A stretch of 64,000 nucleotides of DNA, from positions 1,505 to 65,504 of the forward strand of contig CBFHYY010000013.1 in the NCBI GenBank assembly GCA_965660175.1. The letters run 5' to 3'. Position 1 is the first letter of the stretch; the number at the start of each line of letters is the position of its first letter. A program made the position numbers and the translations under genes. The notes under the pieces are model-generated. The model searched no databases. It was not told where the DNA came from and was given only the letters and a program-made list of their open reading frames with translations. The stretch is from Methylophilaceae bacterium (lineage in GTDB: Bacteria; Pseudomonadota; Gammaproteobacteria; Burkholderiales; Methylophilaceae). Positions 1-10,184 of the stretch are shown piece by piece.

Positions 1-314
1 ACATCCTTAACACCCAGCGCTACAATTTCTTTTTTTAGCCTTACCTTCATTCGATAAAAAGGATTTTTTGTTGCCCATGATTCTTTGTGTTCTAAGGCTG
101 AGAATATTCCATTAAAAAATTGATTGCTCTTAATGAATTCTAGAAAATCTTTAATCGCATCTTCTTTTCCTGCGAGCGTTCCATTTATTCCTTCACTCGC
201 CAAAAGGATGGTACCTTTAATATTTTGCTCGTCACAAAAGCGAGTTATTTTTTTTTGTATTTCTTCAATATCGTTAAGAGAAATGAAATGATAAAAGGCA
301 ATGGTGAGAAACAT
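1..314 (-). CDS. trhO: tRNA uridine(34) hydroxylase / rhodanese-related sulfurtransferase (UPF0176, YceA/TrhO family), N-terminal part; the gene runs off the window
   Basis: Not in the ORF track because it is truncated. Manual translation of the minus strand from ATG at 314-312 gives MFLTIAFYHFISLNDIEEIQKKITRFCDEQNIKGTILLASEGINGTLAGKEDAIKDF...NPFYRMKVRLKKEIVALGVKD. This matches the remembered UPF0176 N-terminal pattern (FY.F..., LA.EGIN, RMKVR..IV..G). Confidence 0.6.
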   Translation of the reverse strand, partial: MFLTIAFYHFISLNDIEEIQKKITRFCDEQNIKGTILLASEGINGTLAGKEDAIKDFLEFIKSNQFFNGIFSALEHKESWATKNPFYRMKVRLKKEIVALGVKD

Positions 315-407
315 CAGTTTTTGATTTAAATATCGTTTATTTAATGGTGTAAAAATGTTATTTTAACGCTCTTTTATCAATTAATATAAATTCTTTCGGA
401 GAATAAA

Positions 408-812
408 ATGACTATGGAACAAACACTATCAATCATCAAGCCTGATGCAGTAGCTAAAAACGTCATAGGTGAAATATATACACGATTTGAAAAAGCGGGT
501 TTAAAAATTATAAAAGCGCAAATGATTCATTTATCAAAAGCGGAAGCTGAAGGATTTTATGAGGTACATAAAGAGCGTCCTTTTTTCAACGATTTGGTTG
601 CATTTATGATTTCTGGTCCAGTCATGATTCAAGCATTAGAGGGTGACAATGCCGTATTAAAAAATCGTGAATTAATGGGAGCAACAAACCCAAAAGAAGC
701 TGATGCAGGCACCATCCGTGCAGATTTTGCTGAAAGCATTGATGCAAACGCAGTTCACGGGTCAGATTCTTTAGAAAATGCTAAAATTGAGATTGATTAT
801 TTCTTTGGCTAA
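408..812 (+). CDS. ndk: nucleoside diphosphate kinase
   Basis: 134 aa. Has [10 protein letters not shown] at the N-terminus and the NAVHGSDS active-site His motif. GGAG lies 6 nt upstream of the ATG. Confidence 0.95.
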   Translation: MTMEQTLSIIKPDAVAKNVIGEIYTRFEKAGLKIIKAQMIHLSKAEAEGFYEVHKERPFFNDLVAFMISGPVMIQALEGDNAVLKNRELMGATNPKEADAGTIRADFAESIDANAVHGSDSLENAKIEIDYFFG

Positions 813-818
813 TATTTT

Positions 819-1910
819 TTGCAAAATTTACTTGAATTTAACTTAAAAGAGACAACGGAATTTTTATCATTACGCGGTCATCAATCATTTAGAGCTAAAC
901 AGCTCTTAAAGTGGCTTTATCAAGTTGGTGAAGATGACTTTACGCAAATGACGGACCTAGCTAAGTCTTTTCGAGAGGAATTAAAAAGTTTTGTAAACGT
1001 TCAACTTCCAAAAGTTGACTTAGATCACCTGTCACAAGATGGAACAAGAAAATGGTTATTGGACGTTGGAGAAAAAAATAGTATCGAGACAGTTTTTATT
1101 CCAGAAAAAGATCGAGGAACATTGTGTATATCTTCACAAGTTGGATGTGCATTGGAGTGTACTTTTTGCTCTACAGGAAGACAAGGGTTTAATAGAAACC
1201 TTACATCCGGTGAAATCATTGGTCAGTTATGGCTTGCGAATAAACTACTTAACGATCAAAAATCTCAAAATCAAGTAAAAAAAGATAATAGGCTAATTAC
1301 CAACATCGTTATGATGGGTATGGGAGAGCCTTTAACAAACTATAACAATGTTGTCCATTCTCTAGAGATGATGCTGGATGATCATATTTACGGATTAAGC
1401 AGGAGAAAAGTAACGCTATCAACCAGCGGACTAGTGCCTGCAATGGATAAGTTAAAAGAAGATTGTCCTGTATCACTTGCTATATCCCTTCATGCTCCCA
1501 ATGATGAGTTAAGAGATGAGATTGTACCTATCAACAGAAAGTATCCACTAGCGATGTTAATGGATGCCTGCAGAAGGTATATTGAAAAAGCTCCTCGGGA
1601 TTTTGTGACATTTGAATACGTAATGTTAAAGGATGTTAATGATTCTGAGCAACAAGCAAAGCTCTTGATTGAACTTGTTAGGGACGTTCCATGTAAATTT
1701 AATTTGATCCCCTTTAATCCATTTCCTCAAAGTGGTTATGAATGTTCACGTCAAGAAACCATTCAAAATTTTCAAAACATATTAATGGATAGCGATATTG
1801 TCACAACAATAAGGAAAACAAGAGGGGATGATATTGATGCAGCTTGTGGACAATTAACTGGAAACTTTCAGGATAAAACAAAAAGAGCTTATAAAATACA
1901 ACAAATATGA
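819..1910 (+). CDS. rlmN: 23S rRNA/tRNA adenine-C2 methyltransferase, radical SAM (RlmN)
   Basis: 363 aa. Has the radical-SAM [11 protein letters not shown] motif and the C-terminal DIDAACGQL motif. TTG start 6 nt after the ndk stop. Confidence 0.92.
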   Translation: MQNLLEFNLKETTEFLSLRGHQSFRAKQLLKWLYQVGEDDFTQMTDLAKSFREELKSFVNVQLPKVDLDHLSQDGTRKWLLDVGEKNSIETVFIPEKDRGTLCISSQVGCALECTFCSTGRQGFNRNLTSGEIIGQLWLANKLLNDQKSQNQVKKDNRLITNIVMMGMGEPLTNYNNVVHSLEMMLDDHIYGLSRRKVTLSTSGLVPAMDKLKEDCPVSLAISLHAPNDELRDEIVPINRKYPLAMLMDACRRYIEKAPRDFVTFEYVMLKDVNDSEQQAKLLIELVRDVPCKFNLIPFNPFPQSGYECSRQETIQNFQNILMDSDIVTTIRKTRGDDIDAACGQLTGNFQDKTKRAYKIQQI

Positions 1911-3124
1911 TTAAAAAAAATACAACTCAGGTGATGGTAGGTAATATTGCCGTTGGGGGTGGTGCCCCGGTGGTGATACAGTCTATGACAAATACAGACA
2001 CCGCAGACTCAAAGTCAACCGTAAATCAAATTTTAGAATTATGGAAAGCAGGTTCTGAAATGGTAAGAATTACCGTCAATGACGAAAGTTCTGCAAAAAA
2101 AGTATCCGATATCAAGAAAGAGCTTATGGATAATGGATGCGACGTCCCTTTGGTTGGGGATTTTCATTTCAATGGACATAAATTGCTTGCTAAATTTTCT
2201 GATTGCGCCTCTTCACTGGATAAATATAGAATAAATCCAGGAAATGTTGGTAAGGGAAGTAAAAGAGATGAACAATTCTCGACCATGATTAAGCTAGCAA
2301 TGGAACACGATAAGCCAATTCGTATAGGAGTTAATTGGGGAAGTTTGGATCAAGAATTATTAAAAGCTTTGATGGATAATAACGCTGCTCTAAAGAATCC
2401 AGCTCCTGCACAATCAGTCATGAAGGAGACGCTTATACGATCCGTATTGGATAGCGCAGAACATGCAGAATCTCTTGGTCTTAAAGCCAATAAAATCATC
2501 GTTTCTTGTAAGGTGAGTGACGTCAAAGATTTGATTGAAATATATACTCAATTATCAAAAAGATGCAGTTATCCTCTCCACTTGGGGTTGACGGAGGCAG
2601 GTATTGGTTCAAAGGGTATCGTAGCCTCTTCGGCTTCCATGGGTATTTTATTACATCATGGTATTGGAGATACGATTCGTGTTTCACTTACCCCGCAGCC
2701 TGGGGAGTCACGCACTACTGAGGTAACTGTTGCCCAAGAACTTCTTCAAACTATGGGTATTAGATCTTTTACTCCCTTAGTTACTGCCTGCCCTGGATGT
2801 GGCAGAACAACCTCAACTTATTTCCAAGAGTTAGCAGCAGACATACAACTTTTTTTGCGTAACACTATGCCAGAATGGAAAAAATCATATAATGGGGTGG
2901 AGACCATGTCCGTCGCGGTCATGGGTTGCGTCGTGAATGGCCCCGGAGAATCAAAGATGGCAAACTTAGGTATAAGCCTTCCAGGTAATGGCGAAACCCC
3001 TGTTGCCCCTGTTTATGAGAATGGTGAAAAAACTATTACCTTGAAAGGCAGTAAAATCGGAGAGGAATTTAAAGCAATTATAAGTACTTACATTAAAAAA
3101 AATTATTCGAAAAAAAATAAATAA
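1907..3124 (+). CDS. ispG: 4-hydroxy-3-methylbut-2-en-1-yl diphosphate synthase (GcpE)
   Basis: 405 aa. Has the GcpE-family Fe-S cysteine motifs ACPGCGRT and GCVVNGPGE. Overlaps rlmN by 4 nt. Confidence 0.93.
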   Translation: MIKKNTTQVMVGNIAVGGGAPVVIQSMTNTDTADSKSTVNQILELWKAGSEMVRITVNDESSAKKVSDIKKELMDNGCDVPLVGDFHFNGHKLLAKFSDCASSLDKYRINPGNVGKGSKRDEQFSTMIKLAMEHDKPIRIGVNWGSLDQELLKALMDNNAALKNPAPAQSVMKETLIRSVLDSAEHAESLGLKANKIIVSCKVSDVKDLIEIYTQLSKRCSYPLHLGLTEAGIGSKGIVASSASMGILLHHGIGDTIRVSLTPQPGESRTTEVTVAQELLQTMGIRSFTPLVTACPGCGRTTSTYFQELAADIQLFLRNTMPEWKKSYNGVETMSVAVMGCVVNGPGESKMANLGISLPGNGETPVAPVYENGEKTITLKGSKIGEEFKAIISTYIKKNYSKKNK

Positions 3125-3127
3125 TTT

Positions 3128-4387
3128 ATGGGAAAAAAAATACAATCAATTAAAGGATTCTACGACGTATCTCCTAAACGTCAGAAACTATGGCGTTTCT
3201 TTGAATCAAAAATTTTAAATATTCTTGACCAATATAGTTATGAAGAAATTGGTTTACCAATGCTTGAATCAACTGATCTATTTGTGTCGGGTGTTGGAAC
3301 CCATACCGATATTGTTGAAAAAGAAATGTACAGCTGGATTGATTCTCTCAATGAAGATAGATTAACTTTAAGACCTGAGGGAACGGCGGGTTGTGTGAGG
3401 GCGGTGATTGAAGGAAGTCTTACATACAACGGCCCAATTAAACTTTTTTATAGAGGTCCAATGTTTAGACATGAAAATGTTCAAAAAGGGAGGCAACGTC
3501 AATTTCACCAAGTTGGAGTAGAAGCTTTTGGTTTTGATGATCCATCAAGTGATGCTGAGCAAATTTTACTATTAAATCGCTTATGGAAGAGTCTTAGATT
3601 AAAGAGGGTTGAGCTTCAGATTAATTCCATTGGAGATACAAAGGATAGAGAGACATACCGAGAAGAACTCATAGCATACTTTGAAAAGAATAAATCAAGT
3701 CTTGATGATGATGCATTGAGGAGACTCTATGAAAACCCCTTACGCATTCTTGATAGTAAGAACCCAAATATGCAATCAATGCTTGATAAGGCCCCTAAAC
3801 TAATAAATTTTTTATCCAAGGATGCTCATCAACATTTTGACAGTCTTTGTAAGATATTAGATGATTTTGATATTCCATATACAGTTAATGATCGTTTGGT
3901 GAGGGGGTTAGATTATTACAATCGCACTGTATATGAATGGGTTACCAAAGACTTAGGTAGTCAAGGAACAATAGCTGGAGGTGGCCGATTTGATTATTTG
4001 GTTGAAAAATTAGGTGGAGTAAATACTCCTGCATGTGGATTTGCCATTGGTATAGAAAGAATAATTTTATTGTTAGAAAACAATATTTTAGAAGATTTAA
4101 TTAATCCAGATATTTATGTATTAAATTTAGGATCTAGTGCAAGAACAAAAGCATGTAACATAGCCGAACTACTTCGGGATAATAATTTCAAAGTATCAGT
4201 CAATATGGATGGCGCAAGCTTTAAATCCCAAATGAAAAAAGCGGATAAAAGTAATGCAAACCTAGCACTTATTATTGGCGAGGATGAGGTTACAAATAAA
4301 ACGATCAAAATTAAATTTTTGCGAAATGAAGGACTGCAAGAAGATGTCTCAGATGAACATTTAATGACATATCTGTCAAAGTTATAA
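3128..4387 (+). CDS. hisS: histidine--tRNA ligase
   Basis: 419 aa. Has class II aaRS/HisRS motifs LRPEGTAG, FRHENVQKGRQRQFHQ and GGGRFD, plus a C-terminal anticodon-binding domain. Confidence 0.95.
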   Translation: MGKKIQSIKGFYDVSPKRQKLWRFFESKILNILDQYSYEEIGLPMLESTDLFVSGVGTHTDIVEKEMYSWIDSLNEDRLTLRPEGTAGCVRAVIEGSLTYNGPIKLFYRGPMFRHENVQKGRQRQFHQVGVEAFGFDDPSSDAEQILLLNRLWKSLRLKRVELQINSIGDTKDRETYREELIAYFEKNKSSLDDDALRRLYENPLRILDSKNPNMQSMLDKAPKLINFLSKDAHQHFDSLCKILDDFDIPYTVNDRLVRGLDYYNRTVYEWVTKDLGSQGTIAGGGRFDYLVEKLGGVNTPACGFAIGIERIILLLENNILEDLINPDIYVLNLGSSARTKACNIAELLRDNNFKVSVNMDGASFKSQMKKADKSNANLALIIGEDEVTNKTIKIKFLRNEGLQEDVSDEHLMTYLSKL

Positions 4388-4390
4388 TAA

Positions 4391-5224
4391 ATGAATAATA
4401 AATTATTAGAGATCAATAAACTTTCAATTACTCCAAAAAAAAATGGGTCATTGATGTTAGTTGATAATATCTCACTGACACTTGAACATGGAAAAACAAC
4501 ATGTATTGTTGGGGAGTCTGGAAGTGGAAAAAGTCTTACGGCCTTGTCGATCATCAAACTTCTTTCTAAACAATTATCAGCTACAGGCGAAATTCTTTTC
4601 CAAGGTGACAATATTTCTCATTACTCTGAGGATGAAATGCGAAAAAAAAGAGGTCAGGATATTGCGATGATTTTTCAAGAACCAATGACTTCATTAAACC
4701 CAGTATTAAGTATTGGTTATCAAATTCAAGAGGCCATTGAAGTTCATAGTAAGCTTGATAAAAAACAAATAAATTTGAGAATTGATGAGTTATTAGAATT
4801 AGTGGGTATTCCGTCTCATAGAAGATCAAGCTTTCCTGATGAATTATCGGGGGGTCAGCGGCAAAGAATTATGATTGCTATGGCTATGTCCTGTAACCCA
4901 AAATTATTAATTGCTGATGAGCCAACAACAGCTCTTGATGTGACTGTTCAAGCACAAATTCTTAATTTGTTGGATGATCTCAAAAATAAACTTAATATGA
5001 CTATGTTGTTTATTACGCACGATTTTGGTGTGGTGAATGATATTGCCGATGATGTGATCGTAATGTTTAAAGGTAAAATTGTTGAACAGGGTACTGTTGC
5101 CAATGTTCTTTCCAAACCAAAACATCCTTACACCAAAGCATTATTAAATTGTGTTCCAGATGCTACCGGCAAGAAAATTTTAAAACCCATCGATTATGAA
5201 AAACTTAACAAGCTTATGGCTTAG
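4391..5224 (+). CDS. ABC transporter ATP-binding protein, Dpp/Opp (peptide/nickel) type, DppD/OppD-like
   Basis: 277 aa. Has Walker A GESGSGKS, signature LSGGQRQR, Walker B LLIADEPTTALD, and the oligopeptide-type C-terminal extension KPKHPYTKALL. Starts 3 nt after the hisS stop. Confidence 0.88.
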   Translation: MNNKLLEINKLSITPKKNGSLMLVDNISLTLEHGKTTCIVGESGSGKSLTALSIIKLLSKQLSATGEILFQGDNISHYSEDEMRKKRGQDIAMIFQEPMTSLNPVLSIGYQIQEAIEVHSKLDKKQINLRIDELLELVGIPSHRRSSFPDELSGGQRQRIMIAMAMSCNPKLLIADEPTTALDVTVQAQILNLLDDLKNKLNMTMLFITHDFGVVNDIADDVIVMFKGKIVEQGTVANVLSKPKHPYTKALLNCVPDATGKKILKPIDYEKLNKLMA

Positions 5225-5226
5225 CT

Positions 5227-6030
5227 ATGAATATTATATTAAAAGCAGAGAATCTCATTAAAACGTATACGCAAACTCAAGGTTTTTTTTCTCGTACTAA
5301 AACTATGATTCATGCATTAAATGAAGTGTCTATTGAGGTTGAGCAAGGAAAGACGCTTGCTGTAGTGGGTGAATCTGGAAGTGGGAAATCTACACTTGCA
5401 AGAAGTCTCATTAAGCTTATTGATGTCGATAAAGGGACCATCATTTTTAACAAGGTAAACCTTGATACTATCTCACCCCTAGAATTAAAAAGAGTGCGCA
5501 AGGATATTCAGATGATTTTCCAGGACCCATATGCGTCTCTTAATCCAAGAATGAAAATTTTAGATATTATGCGCGAACCCTTAGATATTCATCGGATGGG
5601 AGAGCCTCAAGACCGTTTAATTAAGATTAGCAAGATGATTGTTAGGGTTGGTTTGAGTGAAAGTGACCTTAATAAGTATCCCCATGAATTTTCTGGTGGT
5701 CAACGTCAAAGAATAGGTATCGCGAGGGCGCTTATATTAAACCCCAAGCTAGTAATCTGTGATGAACCAGTATCAGCCTTAGATGTATCAGTGCAAGCTC
5801 AGATAATACAATTACTTAAATCTTTACAAAAGGAATATGGATTGACATATTTATTTATTACCCATGATTTAAGGATTGTGAGACATATTGCAGATAGTGT
5901 TTTTGTTATGAAGGAAGGTAAATTAATAGAGCAAGGAAAAACTGATATAATTTTTAAAAATCCCAAGTCTGATTATACAAAGGAGCTATTAGCTTCAATC
6001 CCAGGAAATCGAAAACTAAATAAGGAATAA
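5227..6030 (+). CDS. ABC transporter ATP-binding protein, Dpp/Opp type, DppF/OppF-like
   Basis: 267 aa. Has Walker A GESGSGKST, signature FSGGQRQR, Walker B LVICDEPVSALD, and a C-terminal PKSDYTKELL motif. Confidence 0.88.
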   Translation: MNIILKAENLIKTYTQTQGFFSRTKTMIHALNEVSIEVEQGKTLAVVGESGSGKSTLARSLIKLIDVDKGTIIFNKVNLDTISPLELKRVRKDIQMIFQDPYASLNPRMKILDIMREPLDIHRMGEPQDRLIKISKMIVRVGLSESDLNKYPHEFSGGQRQRIGIARALILNPKLVICDEPVSALDVSVQAQIIQLLKSLQKEYGLTYLFITHDLRIVRHIADSVFVMKEGKLIEQGKTDIIFKNPKSDYTKELLASIPGNRKLNKE

Positions 6031-6036
6031 AAAATA

Positions 6037-6663
6037 ATGGCAGTTGATATAGATGAAAATGAACAAAATGATAAATTAAAAGAGCTTTGGGCAAGTTATA
6101 AAAACTATATATTTATTGGATCAGGATTATTCTTAATCATTTTTTTGGTATTTAATTTTTTATCATCAAAGAAAATCAAAGAAAATGAGTTGGCGTCACA
6201 ACTTTATCAAGAAGTGTTGATTGAAAAGATGGACAACATGGAAATAATCCAAGAAAAAACTGAAATATTAAAAAATAACCATGGTAGTTCACCTTATGCC
6301 GGGAGAGCATCGTTGCATTTAGGCCAGTTGCTATCTAAATCTGGTGCCCATGATAAATCAGTCGATGAACTTAAATGGTCCTCAGTCAATGCCAAGGAAA
6401 TATCTATACGATCACTTGCTTTTTATACGATGGCTCTGAATTATGTGGTGTTGAAAGACGTACCTAATGCAAAAATATCAGCCCAATCGATTGAGAGCGA
6501 AGGATTTGAAGCTTTAAAGAATGATCTTCTTGGGGATATTTACCTGCTAGAAGGAAATACAAATGAGGCGAGAAAGGCTTACGCAGCAGCACTTATTTTT
6601 TACGAGGGCAGGAACGATCTTTCACAGGTAATTCAAACAAAAATTGATGCGCTTGGTAAATGA
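6037..6663 (+). CDS. yfgM: YfgM-like membrane-anchored TPR protein (ancillary SecYEG translocon subunit family)
   Basis: 208 aa. Has one N-terminal TM helix (IFIGSGLFLIIFLVFNFL) followed by a TPR-like periplasmic part. Sits in the conserved position upstream of bamB-der. Confidence 0.65.
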   Translation: MAVDIDENEQNDKLKELWASYKNYIFIGSGLFLIIFLVFNFLSSKKIKENELASQLYQEVLIEKMDNMEIIQEKTEILKNNHGSSPYAGRASLHLGQLLSKSGAHDKSVDELKWSSVNAKEISIRSLAFYTMALNYVVLKDVPNAKISAQSIESEGFEALKNDLLGDIYLLEGNTNEARKAYAAALIFYEGRNDLSQVIQTKIDALGK

Positions 6664-7934
6664 GATTTTTATTTTTATTAATTTTATTTGCTATTTTATC
6701 TTCTTGTTTCGGACCTGTTAAAGAGCTTAAATATCAAATTGAGGACAGCATGGCTGAAGATGAGCCAATTACTGAGCCAGTTAAAATTAAAAAAATTGCA
6801 CAAACAAAAAGCGCAGAGATTCTATGGCAAAGTAATATCAAGGGAGATTTAAATGAAGGTTTTAATCTTTTTTATAGAGATGAAAAATTATTTGTATTAT
6901 CCACCAATGGCATCTTAACTGCTTTTAATCACAGTGATGGAGAAGAAATCTGGTCAAAAAATTTTAATACTCAAATAGCAAGTGGTATTTCTGGAAATGA
7001 CTCCATCCTTGTTTTTACAACTAATGACGGATATATATTCGCTGTTGATTTAAAAGGATCATTAGTTTGGAAAACTTTTTTTGGCAAGGTTATATCCTCA
7101 CCGCTTGTTTTAGAAAATAAAATAATCGTAAGAAGAGATGATAATAATTTTGCTGGAATGGACATCCAAGAAGGAAGCATAGATTGGACCTATCAGGCAC
7201 CTAGCTCCTCATTAACTATCAATGCACACGGAAAAATGATTTATGCCGATGGCGTTGTTTATTCTGGCCTACCTTCTGCAAAATTAATTGCACTTGAGGC
7301 AGAAACGGGTTTATTGATATGGGAAGCAAATGTCTCAACCCCAAAAGGAGTATCAGAGATTGATAGAGTTTCTGACATCACTAGCCAACCCATTGTTGAT
7401 AATTCTCTTATTTTTACAGTTTCAATGAACGGAGATATTGCTTGTCTTGACAGAAAAACGTCTGAAATTCTTTGGTCACGACCTTTATCAAGTTTTGCTG
7501 GCATCACGGATCATTTAGACGAAGTTTTAGTAATTCATAAACGAGATTCGATTTACTCATTAGACAAGTTGACCGGTAAATCATTATGGAGAAATGCTGA
7601 TTTAATTGGTCGATCACTCACATCAGGTGTTGTCGTTGATGATTTTTTTATTGTTGCTGATTACGAGGGTTTTGTGCATACCATTAACATCAATTCAGGA
7701 AAAATTATTGGCAGAGCCCCTCTTTCATCAAAAGATAAAGTCTTAAATAATATCTTAACAGTTGAAGGCCAATTTTTTTACGTTGCATCAATCAAGGGAG
7801 ACATTCATAAACTTCAATTAATTGATGTAGATATACCAATGGACATCAATAATTCTGAGTCGGAAAATGAAGACTATGAGGATTCAACGACATTAAAACT
7901 ATTTGATAAATTAAAAGATGCCATCCTAGACTAA
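6660..7934 (+). CDS. bamB: outer membrane protein assembly factor BamB (PQQ-like beta-propeller lipoprotein)
   Basis: 424 aa. Has a signal peptide with lipobox LSSC and repeated W-containing propeller blades (LWQS, IWSK, VWKT, DWTY, IWEA, LWSR, LWRN). Lies immediately upstream of der. Confidence 0.85.
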   Translation: MRFLFLLILFAILSSCFGPVKELKYQIEDSMAEDEPITEPVKIKKIAQTKSAEILWQSNIKGDLNEGFNLFYRDEKLFVLSTNGILTAFNHSDGEEIWSKNFNTQIASGISGNDSILVFTTNDGYIFAVDLKGSLVWKTFFGKVISSPLVLENKIIVRRDDNNFAGMDIQEGSIDWTYQAPSSSLTINAHGKMIYADGVVYSGLPSAKLIALEAETGLLIWEANVSTPKGVSEIDRVSDITSQPIVDNSLIFTVSMNGDIACLDRKTSEILWSRPLSSFAGITDHLDEVLVIHKRDSIYSLDKLTGKSLWRNADLIGRSLTSGVVVDDFFIVADYEGFVHTININSGKIIGRAPLSSKDKVLNNILTVEGQFFYVASIKGDIHKLQLIDVDIPMDINNSESENEDYEDSTTLKLFDKLKDAILD

Positions 7935-9355
7935 TGCTTACCATTGCAATAGTTGGCAGACCTAATGTTGGAAAATCGAGTCTATTTAATCGTCTTACGA
8001 AAAGTAGAGAGGCTCTTGTTGCAAATATTCCTGGACTAACAAGAGACAGACATTATGGAAAATTTTTTATTGATGAGTCGCAATTTATTCTTGTCGATAC
8101 TGGAGGTTTCGAACCAAAAAAAAAGTTAGGCATAGCCAAAGAAATGGCTTTACAAACAAAACTTGCAATAGATGAGTGCGATCTGATTTTATTTGTTGTT
8201 GATGGAAGAGAAGGTCTTCATCAAATAGATCAGCATATCGCTGATATTATCAGAAAGAATGGCAAAGAAAAATTTTTGCTTATCAATAAATCCGAAGGAA
8301 TGGAAGAGCACATAGTAAGTGCTGATTTTTATGGCCTAGGTTTTAAAAATATAATGCCTGTCTCTTCTGCACACGGTGAGGGTATTAGTTACCTTAAGGA
8401 TCAAATTTTAAAAATAGACGATCAAGAAAATCTTGTTGAATTACATGGGAGTAAAAAGCCAAGAATAACCATAGTTGGAAGACCGAATGTGGGTAAGTCG
8501 ACACTTACCAATACTTTATTAGGAGAAAATAGATTTATAGTCTATGACGAGGCTGGTACAACCCGTGATTCAGTGTCGGCTGATTTTCTCTACAATAAGA
8601 ATGAATTCACATTAACTGATACTGCTGGTATAAGAAAAAAAGGAAAGGTTTTTGAGACAATTGAAAAATTTTCTATCATTAAAACATTATCTGCGATTGA
8701 GTCATCTGATGTCATTATCTTGGTTATAGATTCCACAGGTGGTATAGCATCTCAAGATATGCATCTCATTGGATTTATTTTAGAGGCTGGAAAATCCATT
8801 GTCATTGCAATAAACAAGTGGGATTCAATCACATCGTACGAAAAAGAAAGAGTAAAAAATGAGATCGATCAAAAATTACCCTTCGTAAATTTTGCTGAAA
8901 AAGTATTTATATCTGCTCTCAATGGAACAGGTTTGAATATGCTCATGAACTCTGTTCTTAAAGCATATAAGTCATCATCAAGAAAATTTACCACTCCTCA
9001 GATCAATGAAGTTCTTGCGAACGCTATTCAAACCCATCAACCAAAGATAATCAAAGGGATTCGCCCAAAACTAAAATTTGCACATCAGGGAGGTTTGACT
9101 CCACCTACGATAATTATTCATGGAAATCATGTAACGGAAATAAGAAAAGATTATGTAAGATTTCTCGAAACTTTCTTTAGAAATGCATTTGGGCTAGTTG
9201 GTACACCATTGCGCGTTGAGCTTAAAAGCGGAAAGAATCCATACAGTGACAGTAATGAAAAAATCAATAAAACTGGACTTGTTACAAGAAGAAGAAGAAT
9301 TGATGACTTTAGAAAGAAAATAAAGGATAAAAAAGCTTTAAAAACTAGCCAATAA
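7934..9355 (+). CDS. der: ribosome-associated GTPase Der (EngA), double GTPase domain
   Basis: 473 aa. Has two P-loops (GRPNVGKSS and GRPNVGKST), DTGG/DTAG and NKSE/NKWD motifs, and a basic C-terminal tail. Its start overlaps the bamB stop (TAATG). Confidence 0.95.
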   Translation: MLTIAIVGRPNVGKSSLFNRLTKSREALVANIPGLTRDRHYGKFFIDESQFILVDTGGFEPKKKLGIAKEMALQTKLAIDECDLILFVVDGREGLHQIDQHIADIIRKNGKEKFLLINKSEGMEEHIVSADFYGLGFKNIMPVSSAHGEGISYLKDQILKIDDQENLVELHGSKKPRITIVGRPNVGKSTLTNTLLGENRFIVYDEAGTTRDSVSADFLYNKNEFTLTDTAGIRKKGKVFETIEKFSIIKTLSAIESSDVIILVIDSTGGIASQDMHLIGFILEAGKSIVIAINKWDSITSYEKERVKNEIDQKLPFVNFAEKVFISALNGTGLNMLMNSVLKAYKSSSRKFTTPQINEVLANAIQTHQPKIIKGIRPKLKFAHQGGLTPPTIIIHGNHVTEIRKDYVRFLETFFRNAFGLVGTPLRVELKSGKNPYSDSNEKINKTGLVTRRRRIDDFRKKIKDKKALKTSQ

Positions 9356-10163
9356 TATCCCAGAATTTCCACCAATCACCAGTGTCGGTCTCTTTTTTTT
9401 CAATATTAAAATTACTTTCCGGAAAATTAAGGTCGAGAACTCTTTTTGTATCTTTTTCTAAATCATATATACCTAATTTATTATAAGCGCTTATAGAGAT
9501 AACGAGTGCCTCTTCCTGATGTATAGTCTCAGGAAATTTTTCTAGAACATATTTAGATCTATTTAAGGCAGCAACATAAGCATCTCTTTTCATATAATAC
9601 CTAGCAACGAATAACTCTCTTTCACATATTTTATTCATTAGGTAAGTCATTCGATTTGCAGCATCTTCTGAATATTCACTTTCTGGGAATAACTTAACCA
9701 TTTGCTTCAGGGCTTGAAAACTTCTTTCTAATTGAGAAACGTCTCGATCACTTATATCTTGCATGGTAATCTGGTCAACAATTCCTCTGTCCTTGAACAT
9801 AACGACGCCCTTTAAGTAATAGGCATAGTCCATGGCTGGATGATTTGGATAGCTGATAATAAATTTATTGAGAATAGCAATTGCTTCCTCATCTCGATAA
9901 AAATTTTTATAAGCGTAAGCTAGGTTTAGTTTTATTTGGGGCGCAAGAGGGGAATTAGGAAATCTTTTCTCAGCTTTTTCTAAGAATTCAATTGCTCTTT
10001 GCCAATCTTTATTACCAGAGAAAATTTCCGCAGCCCTAACAATTTCTTTATCCGTTCTTCCTAATGTTTCGTCAAATTCAGTAGGCTCACCAAAAATAAC
10101 GCATCCAGAAATTATCATTGATAATAAAAAGGTGGCTAATAGCTGCAAAATGTTAATATTCAT
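9345..10163 (-). CDS. bamD: outer membrane protein assembly factor BamD (YfiO/ComL TPR lipoprotein)
   Basis: 272 aa. Has lipobox ISGC and TPR-like repeats. Divergent from rluD, the usual arrangement in proteobacteria. Confidence 0.85.
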   Translation of the reverse strand: MNINILQLLATFLLSMIISGCVIFGEPTEFDETLGRTDKEIVRAAEIFSGNKDWQRAIEFLEKAEKRFPNSPLAPQIKLNLAYAYKNFYRDEEAIAILNKFIISYPNHPAMDYAYYLKGVVMFKDRGIVDQITMQDISDRDVSQLERSFQALKQMVKLFPESEYSEDAANRMTYLMNKICERELFVARYYMKRDAYVAALNRSKYVLEKFPETIHQEEALVISISAYNKLGIYDLEKDTKRVLDLNFPESNFNIEKKETDTGDWWKFWDIIG

Positions 10164-10184
10164 GAATATACAAAATTATACATT

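Noticed and set aside
1025-1278. Track ORFs 1025-1219(-) and 1039-1278(+) inside rlmN. The same class includes 3238-3429(-), 4114-4611(-), 4482-4670(+), 4581-4829(-), 4907-5125(-), 5310-5501(-), 6971-7180(-), 7259-7507(-), 9151-9375(-) and others.
   Set aside because: They lie entirely within, or antisense to, strongly motif-supported conserved genes. They have no RBS and give low-complexity, hydrophobic translations typical of chance ORFs in AT-rich DNA.
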